Notes: generated from the sequence alone by a model not told the origin. DNA of 64,000 nucleotides from an uncultured Gemmatimonadales bacterium (GCA_963793305.1 CAWBZV010000005.1:1-64000); one strand, 5' to 3'. Positions 9,217-19,800 are shown, counted from the first letter of the stretch. Translations and numbers: made by a program.

Positions 9217-12200
9217 GCCGCCTCCGCCGGTTGCGCGGCCGCTCCACGAACCGCGTAATACTTGGCGTCGGGATGGTGAACAATCAGCGCCACGGTGGAT
9301 TGCTCGGGCAGCAGCTGGAACGCCGACGTCAATGACATGCCCAGCGCCGACTCGGCTGGCAACAACTTGAAGACCGTCGCGTGGTCATCCAGATCGGGGC
9401 ATGCCCCATACCCCCACGAGTACCGCTTGCCGGCAGCCACGCCGAGCTCGCGCCGCACGCGACGGTGCATCCACTCGGCCACCGCCTCGGCCGCCTCGAC
9501 CGCGAGTCCATGGACGTAGTACGCCTCGGCGACGTGTCCAGCCGCATTCAGCCCGTCGACTTTCACGGTCGCCTCGTCACCAACCGTCACGATCTGCAGG
9601 CCGATGACGTCGACCTCGCCTGACTCCACCGACCGGAAATAGTCAGCGAGGCATAGGCGCTCGCGCCCAGCCTGTCGCGGAAAGTGGAACCGCGCGATCT
9701 CGCGGAGCGACCCACCGTCGCTCTCGTACGCGGCCGGATCATATACGATGACATCGTTCCCGCTCGACTGCGCGGGAAAATACCCGTACACCGCCCGAGG
9801 TTTGAGCCAGCCCTCCCGCTCGGCCTCGGCGGTAAGGCGCGCGAGCGTGGGCTCAAACTCGCTGCGCACCGTCCGCTCGAACTCCGGCCCCGACCCGCGC
9901 CCGCCCCACTGCAGGCGATACAGCTCGTCGAGATCGAGCAGCTCGAACACCTCCCCCAAGGGGATATCCCGCAACACCCGCGCGCCAAAAAATGGAGCCT
10001 GAGGCACGGCATTGTCCGCGCGAATGTCGCTGCGCGTCGTCGCGTCAGTCCCGGCGGCGATGTCCTTCCCGGTTTGCAAGAACACGTCGTCGCGCGCTGC
10101 CCGGAGCACGTCGGACACGAGGCCTGACCGCCGGGACGTGTCCATGAGCGCATCCATCGTCTCGAGCCCCTCGAACGCGTCCTTACAATAGAAGACACCG
10201 GATTCGTACGCGCGCTCGCCTTCGACGAACAAAGCCCGTCGGCCAAATCGCCGATTGATCGCGGCGCCGCCGATCAGCACCGGATACGCCAAGCCGCGCC
10301 GGTCGAGCTCCTGCACGCACAGTGGCATCTGCTTCGATGTCGACACGAGCAGCGCCGAGAGCCCGATCGCGTCGGCCCCGACTTCCTGTGCCTTGTCGAT
10401 GATCGTGTTCACCGGCACTTGCTTGCCGAGATCGTAGACCGTGTAGCCGTTGTTCGACAGGATGGTGTTGACCAGCGACTTGCCGATATCGTGGACATCG
10501 CCATACACCGTCGCCAGGACAACCTTGCCCTTGGTGTAGCCCTCGGCCTTCTCCAAGAACTGCTCCAGGTGCTTCACGGCCTTCTTCATGACCTCGGCGC
10601 TCTGCAGCACGAACGGCAGGATCAGCTCTCCAGCGCCGAACTTGTCGCCAACTTCTTTCATCGCTGGCAACAGGACGTCGTTCAGCAGGCGGACGGGATG
10701 CTCCCTCACCCCAGCAATATCCAGGTCGCTCTCGATACCGTCCTTCTGCCGATGCACGATTTTCCAATGAATGCGCTCATCGGGAGTCATGCCAGCAGTC
10801 GGATCTTCCCGGGTCTCGCGCGGTGCGCCGGAGGCGCCTGCGTAATGCTCAATGAACCGCTGCAGCGCGTCGGCTCGACGATTGAAGACGAGATCGTCGG
10901 CCATCGTGCGCTCGGTGTCCGGAATCTCGGCGTACGGCCGGACGTGAGCGGGGTTCACGATCGCGGCGTCGAGGCCGGCGGCGACGCAGTGGTGGAGGAA
11001 CACGGAATTGAGCACCGCCCGCGCCGGCGGCGTCAGCCCAAAGCTGACGTTCGACACGCCGAGCACGGTCAACACGCCAGGCAGCTCCCGCTTGATGAGC
11101 CGGATGCCCTCAATGGTCTCGTGCGCCGAGTCGATCCACTCCGGCTCGCCAGTCGCCAGCGTGAACGTCAGCGCATCAAAGATGAGATCCGACGGCGCCA
11201 GCCCGTACTCGGTCGTCGCGATCTCGTGGATGCGACGCGCGATCTCGAGCTTCCGGTCGCGTGTCTTCGCCATTCCCACCTGATCGATGGTGAGCGCGAC
11301 GACAGCCGCCCCATGCGTCTTGACCAGCGGAAGCACATCCTCGATGCGCTTCCGACCGTTCTCCATGTTGATCGAGTTGACGATCGCCCGACCGGGTACG
11401 TGCTCCAACGCGCGCGCGATGACCGCCGCCTCCGTCGAGTCGATCATGAGCGGCAACTCGACGCTCATCGACAGGAGCTTCACGGTCTTCGCCATCTGCT
11501 CGGCCTCGTCCCCGCGCTCCGTCAACGCCACGCACACGTCGAGCACGTGCGCGCCCGACTCGGCCTGGTCACGGGCGACACCGACCAGTCCCTCATAGTC
11601 GTCGGCGAGCAGCAGCTGCTTGACTTTGCGCGAGCCCTGCGCGTTGAGGCGCTCGCCGATGAGGAGCGGCGGCGGATCTTGATGCAGCGTGATCGCGCGC
11701 ATCGCGCTCGACACGCGCGGCACATCATGTCGCGCCGCTCGTCCGCTCTGGGCATCGGTCGCGCGCACGGCCGCGACGATAGCGCGCAGGTGCTCGGGCG
11801 TCGTGCCGCAACACCCGCCGACGATGCGGACGCCGAAATCATGGACGAAGACGCGAAGCGCTTCGGCCATCGGGTCCGGCTCCAACGGATAGACCGCATC
11901 GCCGGTTCCCGTATTCAGCGGCAAGCCCGCATTCGGGATGACGGAAATCGGGCGCCGCGCATGCTCCGTCAGATAGCGCACCGGCTCGCGCATATGCTCC
12001 GGGCCGGTCGAGCAATTGAGCCCGATGACGTCGACCGGCAACGCCTCGAGCGTGGTCATCGCGCTCGCGATGTCGGTGCCGAGGAGCATCCGGCCGCCGG
12101 TATCGAGCGTGACCTGGGCCTGTATGGGAACCCGGCGACCGAGCTCAACGAAGAGTCGCTCGAACCCCGCAATCGCCGCTTTCACTTCCAGGATATCCTG

Positions 12201-12698
12201 CAATGTCTCTATCAGCAGGACATCAACCCCGCCTTCGACGAGCGCTTTGGCTTGTTGATAGAAGTTCTCGCTCAGCTCATCGAACGAGATAGCAGAGAGC
12301 ACCGGGTCGCTGCTCGACGGCAGCATGCCGGTGGGCCCGATGGAGCCCGCGACATATCGCGGATGATCCGGCGTCGAGAACTTCTCACAGGCCGCGCGGG
12401 CGAGGCGTGCGGCAGTCACGTTGATGTCCCGGACTTTGTCGCCGAGTCCCCACTCCGTCAGCCGCCGGGGCGTCGATTGAAACGTGCAGGTCTCGACGAC
12501 ATCACACCCGACCGCGAGAAACGACTCGTGGATTCCCTGGATAACGTCTGGCCGCGTGAGGACGAGGTGATCATTACACCCTTCGAGCGCCTTCCCGCCG
12601 AAATCCTCAGGCGTGAGATGCGCGCGTTGGATGTTCGTCCCCATCGCCCCATCAAAGATCAGAACTTTCGATTCGAGCGCTTCGAGATATGAAACCAT
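9213..12698 (-). CDS. metH: Cobalamin-dependent methionine synthase
   Basis: Hcy-binding (DGAMGT, GGCCGTTP), pterin-binding (IGERLN), B12-binding (GDVHDIGK..V) and reactivation (RYSWGYGACPDL) regions; ATG at 12698. Confidence 0.95.
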   Translation of the reverse strand: MVSYLEALESKVLIFDGAMGTNIQRAHLTPEDFGGKALEGCNDHLVLTRPDVIQGIHESFLAVGCDVVETCTFQSTPRRLTEWGLGDKVRDINVTAARLARAACEKFSTPDHPRYVAGSIGPTGMLPSSSDPVLSAISFDELSENFYQQAKALVEGGVDVLLIETLQDILEVKAAIAGFERLFVELGRRVPIQAQVTLDTGGRMLLGTDIASAMTTLEALPVDVIGLNCSTGPEHMREPVRYLTEHARRPISVIPNAGLPLNTGTGDAVYPLEPDPMAEALRVFVHDFGVRIVGGCCGTTPEHLRAIVAAVRATDAQSGRAARHDVPRVSSAMRAITLHQDPPPLLIGERLNAQGSRKVKQLLLADDYEGLVGVARDQAESGAHVLDVCVALTERGDEAEQMAKTVKLLSMSVELPLMIDSTEAAVIARALEHVPGRAIVNSINMENGRKRIEDVLPLVKTHGAAVVALTIDQVGMAKTRDRKLEIARRIHEIATTEYGLAPSDLIFDALTFTLATGEPEWIDSAHETIEGIRLIKRELPGVLTVLGVSNVSFGLTPPARAVLNSVFLHHCVAAGLDAAIVNPAHVRPYAEIPDTERTMADDLVFNRRADALQRFIEHYAGASGAPRETREDPTAGMTPDERIHWKIVHRQKDGIESDLDIAGVREHPVRLLNDVLLPAMKEVGDKFGAGELILPFVLQSAEVMKKAVKHLEQFLEKAEGYTKGKVVLATVYGDVHDIGKSLVNTILSNNGYTVYDLGKQVPVNTIIDKAQEVGADAIGLSALLVSTSKQMPLCVQELDRRGLAYPVLIGGAAINRRFGRRALFVEGERAYESGVFYCKDAFEGLETMDALMDTSRRSGLVSDVLRAARDDVFLQTGKDIAAGTDATTRSDIRADNAVPQAPFFGARVLRDIPLGEVFELLDLDELYRLQWGGRGSGPEFERTVRSEFEPTLARLTAEAEREGWLKPRAVYGYFPAQSSGNDVIVYDPAAYESDGGSLREIARFHFPRQAGRERLCLADYFRSVESGEVDVIGLQIVTVGDEATVKVDGLNAAGHVAEAYYVHGLAVEAAEAVAEWMHRRVRRELGVAAGKRYSWGYGACPDLDDHATVFKLLPAESALGMSLTSAFQLLPEQSTVALIVHHPDAKYYAVRGAAAQPAEAA

Positions 12699-12702
12699 AT
12701 AT

Positions 12703-12732
12703 AAAGAAAACCCGGTCGCTAAAGCGGCCGGG
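12703..12732 (-). terminator. Intrinsic terminator of the metH leader (riboswitch expression platform)
   Basis: Minus strand CCCGGCCGCT-TT-AGCGACCGGG hairpin followed by TTTTCTTT, just upstream of the metH ATG. Confidence 0.7.
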
Positions 12733-12740
12733 CGGGCGAG

Positions 12741-12790
12741 CGCTTTAGCGGTTTGTTTTACGTGGTCGCAAGTCGCATAAATCGCCACGG
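12741..12790 (-). ncRNA. SAM-II (SAM_alpha-like) riboswitch
   Basis: Minus strand CCGTGG-CGATTT-ATGCGAC-TTGC-GA-CCACG-TAAAA-CAAACC-GCTAAAG follows the SAM-II pseudoknot pattern; lies in the metH-yitJ leader. Confidence 0.8.
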
Positions 12791-12821
12791 CAATCAGTTA
12801 TGCAGTGAACATAGCCGCCGG

Positions 12822-13790
12822 TCACGGGTCGGGCAAGGCGCGCGCGACAATGGTAAAGCTCTGAGTCAGGAGCGGCGCGTGGGGCCGAACACGCTTGGAC
12901 AGCTGGCCCACATGCCACCACGTTTGTTGCAACCCGCTCAGCCGCGTCCGCGAATAGGGCGCGGGAAGCCGCGAAACGACTTGAAATCCCGCTCGCTCCA
13001 GCGGACGCGCTATGGACCGCGGTGTAAACCCCCAAAGGTGCTCGACCGGTAGCGCGCTGCGTCCGATCTCGCGCGCCGGCGCTACCCGCGCGTGCTCGGC
13101 GTTGCGGAGGCGAAGCAGCAGGTATCCGCCCGGGCGGAGCAACCGCCGCATGCCACGGAGCTCCTGCACCGGGTCCGCCGTGTAATAGAGCGCGTCGAAC
13201 GAGGTCACGCAGTCGACGACCGGGAGCGGCGGCTCGAGGCTCGCGACCGTCCCCTCTCGCAATCGCACGCCGAGCTCGGCCCGTCCGCGACGGATGGCGC
13301 TCGGGCTCACGTCGCACCCTTCGGCGTCGAGACCCGCCGCGAGTGCCGCGGCTACAAAGTGTCCGTAGGCCGTACCAACGTCGAAGACGCTGCGGGCGCC
13401 GATGCCGCGCAGGATGCGGATCGCGTCGTCGAAGATCGGTTCGCGCCAATGACCCCACCGTTCAATGTCGGCGTGGTCGAAGTACGAAGTATCGAACACC
13501 TGGCGCATGGCCACGGCTGAGAGGCGCGGCGACACGAACAGCGTGCCGCAGGACCGGCACCGGCGGAGCCCCAGGAGATTCCAGAAGATGAACGAGACCA
13601 GCGCCTCACTGTCGGTCGACCCGCAGCAGCACGCCGCGACCCGTTCCACCGCCATGAACTTGAAGTCGCCGGCCAGCGCGGCCCCGAGCCAGACTTGAGG
13701 GTCATCGATCGTGTCGCCGTGGCGGCGCAGCGCGTCCAGTTGCGCATCGACTTTGGCATCGCCATAACGGGCACGGTAGTCGGCGGTCAC
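12822..13790 (-). CDS. Class I SAM-dependent methyltransferase (N-terminal Cys cluster)
   Basis: CCCG...CRSCG, VFDVGTAYGHF, LRPGGYL, EHLWGFT motifs. Confidence 0.85.
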   Translation of the reverse strand: MTADYRARYGDAKVDAQLDALRRHGDTIDDPQVWLGAALAGDFKFMAVERVAACCCGSTDSEALVSFIFWNLLGLRRCRSCGTLFVSPRLSAVAMRQVFDTSYFDHADIERWGHWREPIFDDAIRILRGIGARSVFDVGTAYGHFVAAALAAGLDAEGCDVSPSAIRRGRAELGVRLREGTVASLEPPLPVVDCVTSFDALYYTADPVQELRGMRRLLRPGGYLLLRLRNAEHARVAPAREIGRSALPVEHLWGFTPRSIARPLERAGFQVVSRLPAPYSRTRLSGLQQTWWHVGQLSKRVRPHAPLLTQSFTIVARALPDP

Positions 13791-13791
13791 G

Positions 13792-14526
13792 CTACAGATT
13801 TATGACGACGAGCTCGTACGGCGCCAGAGCCAATGGCAGGGGGCGCGGGCGCAGCCGCCGCCGAAGCGGGAACGGAAGAGTGGCCAGCGCGGCCTGAACG
13901 CGGTGGCGGCCGCCGCGGAAGTCGGACTCCGGATCGATGCCGGTCAGCACGCGATACACGGTATCGGCCCACGCCAGAATGCGCGGGGTAACGCAGATCA
14001 CGCGACCCCCGGCTCGGGTCACGCGGCGTGCCTCTATGAGGCATGACCGTGGGTCGTCCATGAACTCGAGCGCGCTCACGATCACGACGGCATCGAACGA
14101 GGCGTCGCGGAACGGGAGCACCATGCCGCTCGCGCGCGCGGCCGAGAGATCGATATCGCTCTCCCCCAGCCGGTCGCGGACGACGCGGCCGTGCGCGTGA
14201 ATGTCGATGCCGTAGAGTGCCCGCGCGTGTCGCGCGAGCGTGTACATGAACACGCCGCTGCCGTAGCCGATTTCCAACAGGGCATCGACCGGCCGGCGCG
14301 GCAACGCGGCCTCGACCCATCGGAGCCGCTCCCGCAGCACCCACCCCATGCCGCCCTGATAGTAGTGGTCGACGAAATCGACCTCGCTCGTCCGCCGCAA
14401 ATGGCCGCGCGCCGGCAGCTCAATGCTTTTCGGGATCGGGACTGCTCGCTCGGCCACCGTGGGGACGCGACGAGACTCACGCTCGGGCGGCGACGCCGGA
14501 ACGTCTGGCTGTGGATCGATGGGCAT
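13792..14526 (-). CDS. Class I SAM-dependent methyltransferase
   Basis: LLEIGYGSG, LPFRDASFDAV, RVTRAGG motifs. Confidence 0.85.
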   Translation of the reverse strand: MPIDPQPDVPASPPERESRRVPTVAERAVPIPKSIELPARGHLRRTSEVDFVDHYYQGGMGWVLRERLRWVEAALPRRPVDALLEIGYGSGVFMYTLARHARALYGIDIHAHGRVVRDRLGESDIDLSAARASGMVLPFRDASFDAVVIVSALEFMDDPRSCLIEARRVTRAGGRVICVTPRILAWADTVYRVLTGIDPESDFRGGRHRVQAALATLPFPLRRRLRPRPLPLALAPYELVVINL

Positions 14527-14543
14527 TGGGTTCTGTGATCAAT

Positions 14544-14559
14544 AGCAAACCCGAGCCCA
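14544..14559 (-). promoter_or_regulatory. Candidate sigma-54 promoter
   Basis: Minus strand TGGGCTCGGGTTTGCT (GG-N10-GC) upstream of the 14526 ATG. Confidence 0.35.
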
Positions 14560-14603
14560 AAGTGTTGGGCGATTGCGTCCCTCGTTACGCGACTGGCGTC
14601 AAT

Positions 14604-15200
14604 TCACAACACTCGCTGCAGAAGCAACCCGGTCGCCCAGAGAATCGCATACGCGACGATCGGCGAGATGTCGAACATGCCGACGTTCGGGAGTCGCTTC
14701 CGGAGTGGGCGCACGAGCCACTCGGTGAGGATGAACGACCATCGCACCCATCGCGAATACGGCGAGATCCTGACCCAGGAGGCGATCACGCGGACAATGA
14801 GCGCGAGCTGCAGAAGCCCAATCGTCCAACCGACCAACACTGAGATGAGCGCCCTCGGCCCAAACGCAGCAGCCCTGAGGATGAGGATGATGTTGTCGCG
14901 CACCACGCCCAACAGGCTCAATACGATGATGCCCGCGATGATGACCGCCAACAGCGCCCAGAGAGGCGCGGAGCTCGGTACCCCGCCGGAGCGCACGACG
15001 GCCTGTTCGACAGGGGCAATCGCCGGATCCACGGTCTTCCGGAAGAATCGAGCGGCGGGACCGAACGGACTGAGTCGGCGTGTTCGCACCAGCCAATCGC
15101 CGGCGCAGACGATACCGGTGAGCCCCGCGGCGCCGAGGAAGACGTAGCGCAGGACGCCTATGACGGCATCCAGTCCAATGACAATCGTGTTTTGGTCCAT
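14604..15200 (-). CDS. YggT family membrane protein
   Basis: IVRVIASW...LTEWLVRPLRKRLP.VGMFDISPIVA YggT motif; ATG at 15200. Confidence 0.85.
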   Translation of the reverse strand: MDQNTIVIGLDAVIGVLRYVFLGAAGLTGIVCAGDWLVRTRRLSPFGPAARFFRKTVDPAIAPVEQAVVRSGGVPSSAPLWALLAVIIAGIIVLSLLGVVRDNIILILRAAAFGPRALISVLVGWTIGLLQLALIVRVIASWVRISPYSRWVRWSFILTEWLVRPLRKRLPNVGMFDISPIVAYAILWATGLLLQRVL

Positions 15201-16430
15201 ATGAAACCGAGCAACAGGCCGATCGCGCCCGCGATCCAGACGTGAGGCGGCGCCGGTCGCGAGCCGACGCCCATAGGGATGATAGCGAGCGAAACGATCA
15301 GTGTAACGCCACTCACCCCGAGCCCGAACCTCCGGCCGGGGCTTCGACCCAACCAGTATCCAAGGGGGAGCAGCCACAGCATCGTCCAGAGCGCCGTCAG
15401 ATACGGCCCGTAGCGCGCTTGTCTCCCATAGTTGTCGGAGATGAGGAGACGCCATCCTTGCCAGGCGCCGGCGTCGGGACGCGCCGAAGCGGTCTTGCCG
15501 GCGCGCCGCGCGGCCAGCAACAGTCCGACGCGATCGACGGTCGCGGCGATTCGGATGGTATCGCTGGGCGTCGAGGTCGAGTCGCACGGGATGGCGCCGT
15601 GCAACCGGTGGGCGGGCGAGTGGAACTTGAGATCATCGAGGTGCGTGCGGACGCCGAAGATGAGATCCTGGCCCGCGCACGCGATCATGAAGATTTCTTG
15701 ACGGTCCCCGTCGAACACGCCGACGATTGGCGCGAGGTGACCCCCTTCGTTCGGCGCCGGGATCGTCGTGATGTCGACGCGCGCGCGGCCCTGCCGGAAG
15801 GCGTCGCGCATGGCCGCGCTGGCCGAGTCCGACAAGCGGCCGTTGCGGAAAGGCTGGCCATTGTACGTCGCCGAGAGGATTTGGCCCGTGTATCTGCCGA
15901 ACTTCGGCAGGTCGGCCGCGACTTGCTCCCAGTACTGGGTTCTGGGGAGCGATGGTCCCATAGACCACGGCATGAGGATCGCGAGTCCGAGCCAAGCCGC
16001 GGCGGCCCCGAGCGCCAGGCGTCGACCAGTCCTGGGATCGGGCGTGAAAATGAGACGCATGTGGTCAGCGAGCCAGACACCAACGATCCCCCCCAGCGGA
16101 TTCGAAATGATGTCATTCAGACCGGACTCGCGTCCCGAAATGACGAAATCCTGAAGGGTCTCGATCGTCCCTGCGAGAAGCAGTCCGAAGAGATAGAATG
16201 GGCCAGCGTCGAAGACCCGCCGTGCGCAGTCCCCAACCCAAGGGAACGAAGAGCGCAATGTTGAGCAGAAAATCGGCGGCGCCGAACGAGCCACAGAAGA
16301 CGCACCAATGGAAACCCGACGGCAGCGGACCGCCGAGCGGCTTCAACGTCAATCGGGCTATGAGTGCCAACGCGCACAGACTCGTGGCGAACCCGAGTGC
16401 CTTCTGTTGCGCCCGCGCTACACTGACCAT
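15158..16430 (-). CDS. VanZ family membrane protein (frameshift near 16190)
   Basis: ORF 16113..16430 (DFLLNIALFVPLG) joins ORF 15158..16294 (IETLQ..ISGR..GLNDIISN.LG); together these form the VanZ motif. Confidence 0.75.
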
Positions 16431-16460
16431 CGTAGTTGTGGGTTAACAGAGGCTCATGAA

Positions 16461-16475
16461 TGGCACTCTAACTGC
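16461..16475 (+). promoter_or_regulatory. Candidate sigma-54 promoter
   Basis: TGGCACTCTAACTGC (TGGCAC-N5-CTGC) about 22 nt upstream of the deacetylase ATG. Confidence 0.55.
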
Positions 16476-16496
16476 GAATCGAGCCCTGAGCGACGA

Positions 16497-17366
16497 ATGC
16501 TAAACTCGAGTACACCCGCGATAAAGCACTTCTTTACGGTTGACGTGGAAGACTACTTCCAGGTCAGCGCGTTCGAGGGCGTGGTGTCTCGCGACCAATG
16601 GCCGCGCTTCCCCAGCCGCATCGAGGCGGCGGTCGACCGGCTGCTCGGTCTCTGCTCTCGCCACGGCATTCGCGGGACGTTCTTCTCGCTGGGCTGGATC
16701 GCCAAGCATCATCCGAACGTGATCCGTCGGATTGCGGCCGAAGGACATGAGATCGCGTCGCATGGGTGGTGGCACCAGAAGGTGACCACGCTGACCCCGC
16801 TGCAATTTCGCGAGGATGTCAGAAACGCCAAGCGCGATATCGAGGATTGCTGTGGCCAGGCGGTCATCGGCTATCGGGCTCCCAGCTTCTCGATCGTTCC
16901 CGGACGCGAATGGGCGTTCAATGTTCTGATTGAAGAAGGCTATGAGTACGACTCCAGCTTGTTTCCCGTCAACCGCAACGACTACGGGTATCCGACCGCG
17001 CCTCCGATCGCGCATTTTCTGGAGCGCGCCGCTGGCCGGCTCTGCGAATTTCCGTTGGCCACGACCGTGTGGAATGGCGTCCGCATTCCCGCCGCTGGCG
17101 GTGGCTACTTCCGCCATTTCCCTTATCACATCATTCGTCGGGCATTCCAGGAGCACACGGACGACGGGATTCCGGCCGTCTTCTATATCCATCCGTGGGA
17201 GATCGATCCGGAGCAGCCGCGCTTGCCGGTCTCTTTGCTCACCCGCGTCCGTCACTATCGCGGGCTTCGCAATACCGAGGAACGCCTCGAGCGATTGCTC
17301 GGCGAGTTCCGGTTCACGTCTCTCAGCGACGGGATGCGCCAGGCTCAGTTGCAAGAAAGCGCGTGA
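16497..17366 (+). CDS. Polysaccharide deacetylase (XrtA/PEP-CTERM-locus type, DUF3473)
   Basis: FTVDVEDYFQVSAF, GHEIASHG, GYRAPSFSI, GGGYFR, FYIHPWEIDPEQP. Confidence 0.9.
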   Translation: MLNSSTPAIKHFFTVDVEDYFQVSAFEGVVSRDQWPRFPSRIEAAVDRLLGLCSRHGIRGTFFSLGWIAKHHPNVIRRIAAEGHEIASHGWWHQKVTTLTPLQFREDVRNAKRDIEDCCGQAVIGYRAPSFSIVPGREWAFNVLIEEGYEYDSSLFPVNRNDYGYPTAPPIAHFLERAAGRLCEFPLATTVWNGVRIPAAGGGYFRHFPYHIIRRAFQEHTDDGIPAVFYIHPWEIDPEQPRLPVSLLTRVRHYRGLRNTEERLERLLGEFRFTSLSDGMRQAQLQESA

Positions 17367-18383
17367 TACGAGTCGAACGCTTCGCGGGGCAGCCAGACGA
17401 GTGGGATCAGTTCGTCCGGAGCGCTGCTGGTTGGACGCACTTCCATCTATACGGTTGGCGGAGCGTGATGGAGCGCGTCTTTCATCACGGGTGTCTCTAC
17501 CTCGCCGCCCGGGACGGTAACGCGCTGGTCGGCGTCCTTCCCCTCGTTCGAGTCAAGAGCGCGCTCTTCGGCCACTATCTGGTGTCGATGCCGTTCGTGA
17601 ACTACGGCGGGCCACTGGGTTCCGACGCTGCGGTGCTCGCCCTGACCGAAGCCGCCGAGAACCAGGCACGGCAAGACAAAGTCAAGCTGCTCGAATTGCG
17701 CAGCCGCCGGCAACTTCCGATAGGGCTTCCGGTCTCGACCAGAAAGATCACGGTTGTGCTCGATCTGCCGAGCGACCCTGATCGCTTGATGAAGCAGCTC
17801 GACGCGAAGGTCAGGAGCCAGGTGCGCCGCCCCATGAAAGACGGCGTGACCGTTCGTTTCGGTCGCGACCAGCTCGACCCATTCTTCTCGGTATTCGCGC
17901 ACCACATGCGCGACCTCGGCACGCCGACGCAGTCTCAGCGTTTGTTCGAGGTCATCGCCGAGACCTTCCCCGACGACGTTCTGGTTCGGCTGCGCGTACC
18001 TGGGCGAAGAGGCTATCGCTGGCGGCTGCGGGTTTCGCTGGGGAAACGAGTTCGAGATGACGTGGGCCTCGGCGCTCAACGCCCACAAAAAGCTCTCGGC
18101 GAACATGCTCCTGTACTGGTCGTTCATGGAGCGCGCGATGAACGTCGGCTGCACCGTCTTCAACTTCGGACGCTGCTCGCCCGACGGCGGCACGCACCGT
18201 TTCAAGAAGCAATGGGGCTCGCGCGACGAGCAGCTCTATTGGTATGACTGGTCTGCCGCGGCTGGTACCAAGACGCCATCGCCCGACGATGGCGTCTATG
18301 GGTGGGGTCCGCGTCTCTGGCAGCGTCTGCCCGTGCCGCTAGCGACTGCCCTCGGCCCGAACATCGTCAAGTACATCCCCTGA
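17363..18383 (+). CDS. FemAB-family / GNAT protein of XrtA-type EPS loci (frameshift near 17980)
   Basis: WDQFV...THFH..GW..V...GVLPL..VKS.LFG..LVSMPF.NYGG; after removing one base it continues DDVWFGCAY...NMLLYW...FNFGR...GT.RFKKQWG. Confidence 0.85.
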
Positions 18384-18398
18384 AGTAGATTTTTCGGG

Positions 18399-19553
18399 GT
18401 GTTCGGTCGCTGGCAGCCGCCCGTGCTCTCCCCAGTCGCTCCGGCGACTTTGTTGCGTGCCGTTCCCGCCATTCTGACGCGAAGCGGGAACGCCTTCGAC
18501 AGCCTCGATCGCGTCATCCGGACACGGTTCTCGGCGGAACACGTCGCGCTCACCGACAGCGGGACGTCCGCGCTCGTGCTCGCGTTCCGCTATGCGCTCC
18601 CTGCTCGTGGCACGGTCGCTCTCCCGGCCTATGCGTGCGTCGATCTACTCGCGGCCGCGGCGTTCGCGGGGCTGCGCGTGCGTCTCTACGATGTCGACCC
18701 GGCAACACTGAGCCCTGACCTCGACAGCGTTCGTGCCACACTCGGCCGTGGCGCCGACGGGATCGTCGTCGCGCACTTGTACGGTTTCCCAGCCGACGTC
18801 CCGGGCGTAGCATCGCTGGCCGCTGAGTACGGCACCGTCGTGATCGAGGACGCCGCGCAGCATGCCGCCGGCACCCTAGGCGGTAGGCCGCTCGGCGCAT
18901 TTGGTCCGTTCGTCGTGCTGAGTTTCGGCAGGGGCAAGGGGACAACGGGTGGAAGCGGCGGAGCGCTCTTGTCCCGCGATCCATTCCCGGAATGGCAGCC
19001 GCCCGCGGCAGCCGCAGGTTGGCGCGACTGGTTCGTCACCGCGGCGCAGCTGGCGATAGGACGGCCATCCCTCTACGCCATTCCCGCGAGCATGCCCGGC
19101 CTGCGCCTCGGCGAGACCATCTATAGAGAGGCGCATGAGCCCCGATCGATCTCCTACGCTGCCGCCGCTCTTGCCACCGATGCACTCATGGTTGCCGGCG
19201 CCGAGGCCGTGCGTCGCACGTGGTATGCTGAGAGGATCATCGAGTTGCTAAATGGCGCCCCAGGGCTCGACATCGTCCAACCAGTCAATGGCGGCACGAG
19301 CGGCTACCTCAGGCTTCCGGTGCTCGACAACGTAGGTAGGCATGCGGCGCCCAAGCTGGGCGTCGTGCGAAGCTACCCGCGTCCGCTCGGCGAAGAGTCG
19401 GCGGCTTCGGGTCTGCTCGCGTCAGGAGAACCGGCAACACCGGGTGCGCGGAGGGTCTGCTCGTCGCTGTTCACTCTCCCGACACACGCCAGAGTTGACG
19501 AGGCAGATCGCGAACAGCTCTCTCTCTGGGCTCGTGGCGACCGGTCACCCTGA
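18399..19553 (+). CDS. DegT/DnrJ/EryC1/StrS-family PLP aminotransferase-like protein
   Basis: SGTSAL, VVAHLYG, IEDAAQ, SFGRGK, LFTLPTH motifs. Confidence 0.8.
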   Translation: MFGRWQPPVLSPVAPATLLRAVPAILTRSGNAFDSLDRVIRTRFSAEHVALTDSGTSALVLAFRYALPARGTVALPAYACVDLLAAAAFAGLRVRLYDVDPATLSPDLDSVRATLGRGADGIVVAHLYGFPADVPGVASLAAEYGTVVIEDAAQHAAGTLGGRPLGAFGPFVVLSFGRGKGTTGGSGGALLSRDPFPEWQPPAAAAGWRDWFVTAAQLAIGRPSLYAIPASMPGLRLGETIYREAHEPRSISYAAAALATDALMVAGAEAVRRTWYAERIIELLNGAPGLDIVQPVNGGTSGYLRLPVLDNVGRHAAPKLGVVRSYPRPLGEESAASGLLASGEPATPGARRVCSSLFTLPTHARVDEADREQLSLWARGDRSP

Positions 19554-19702
19554 CCGCGCGATTTTCAGCGAGCTCGACCGTTAATCGGGCCATCGCCTGG
19601 CCAACTCGAGTTCCGGGTCAGGCTGACCGATACGAGACTGGCGTTGTTTCAGCTCGACGATTAACCTGCGGGACGTAAGCGCAAGTGCCCCCCTCGGGGC
19701 GT

Positions 19703-19800
19703 TGCGACAATGGCAAAGCCGTGGGAAACCCGGCGACGCAAAGCTCAGGAGGCTAAGGCGCTCTCTCCACGAGGCGCTATGCCAGTCCGGCCGCCGAACA
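19703..19800 (+). ncRNA. Cyclic di-GMP-I (GEMM) riboswitch #1
   Basis: GGCAAA-GCCGTGG-GAAA-CCCGGC-GACGCAAAGC...GGCTAA...TATGCC-AG...GCCG: P2 with GNRA tetraloop, GACGCAAAGC junction, CUAA/UAUG receptor; ends just before the GGAGG RBS. Confidence 0.9.

Noticed and set aside
7243..12692. Long plus-strand ORFs (7243..9258, 10419..12692) and similar antisense ORFs elsewhere
   Set aside because: Shadow frames of GC-rich genes (yitJ, metH); Arg-rich and without recognisable motifs.
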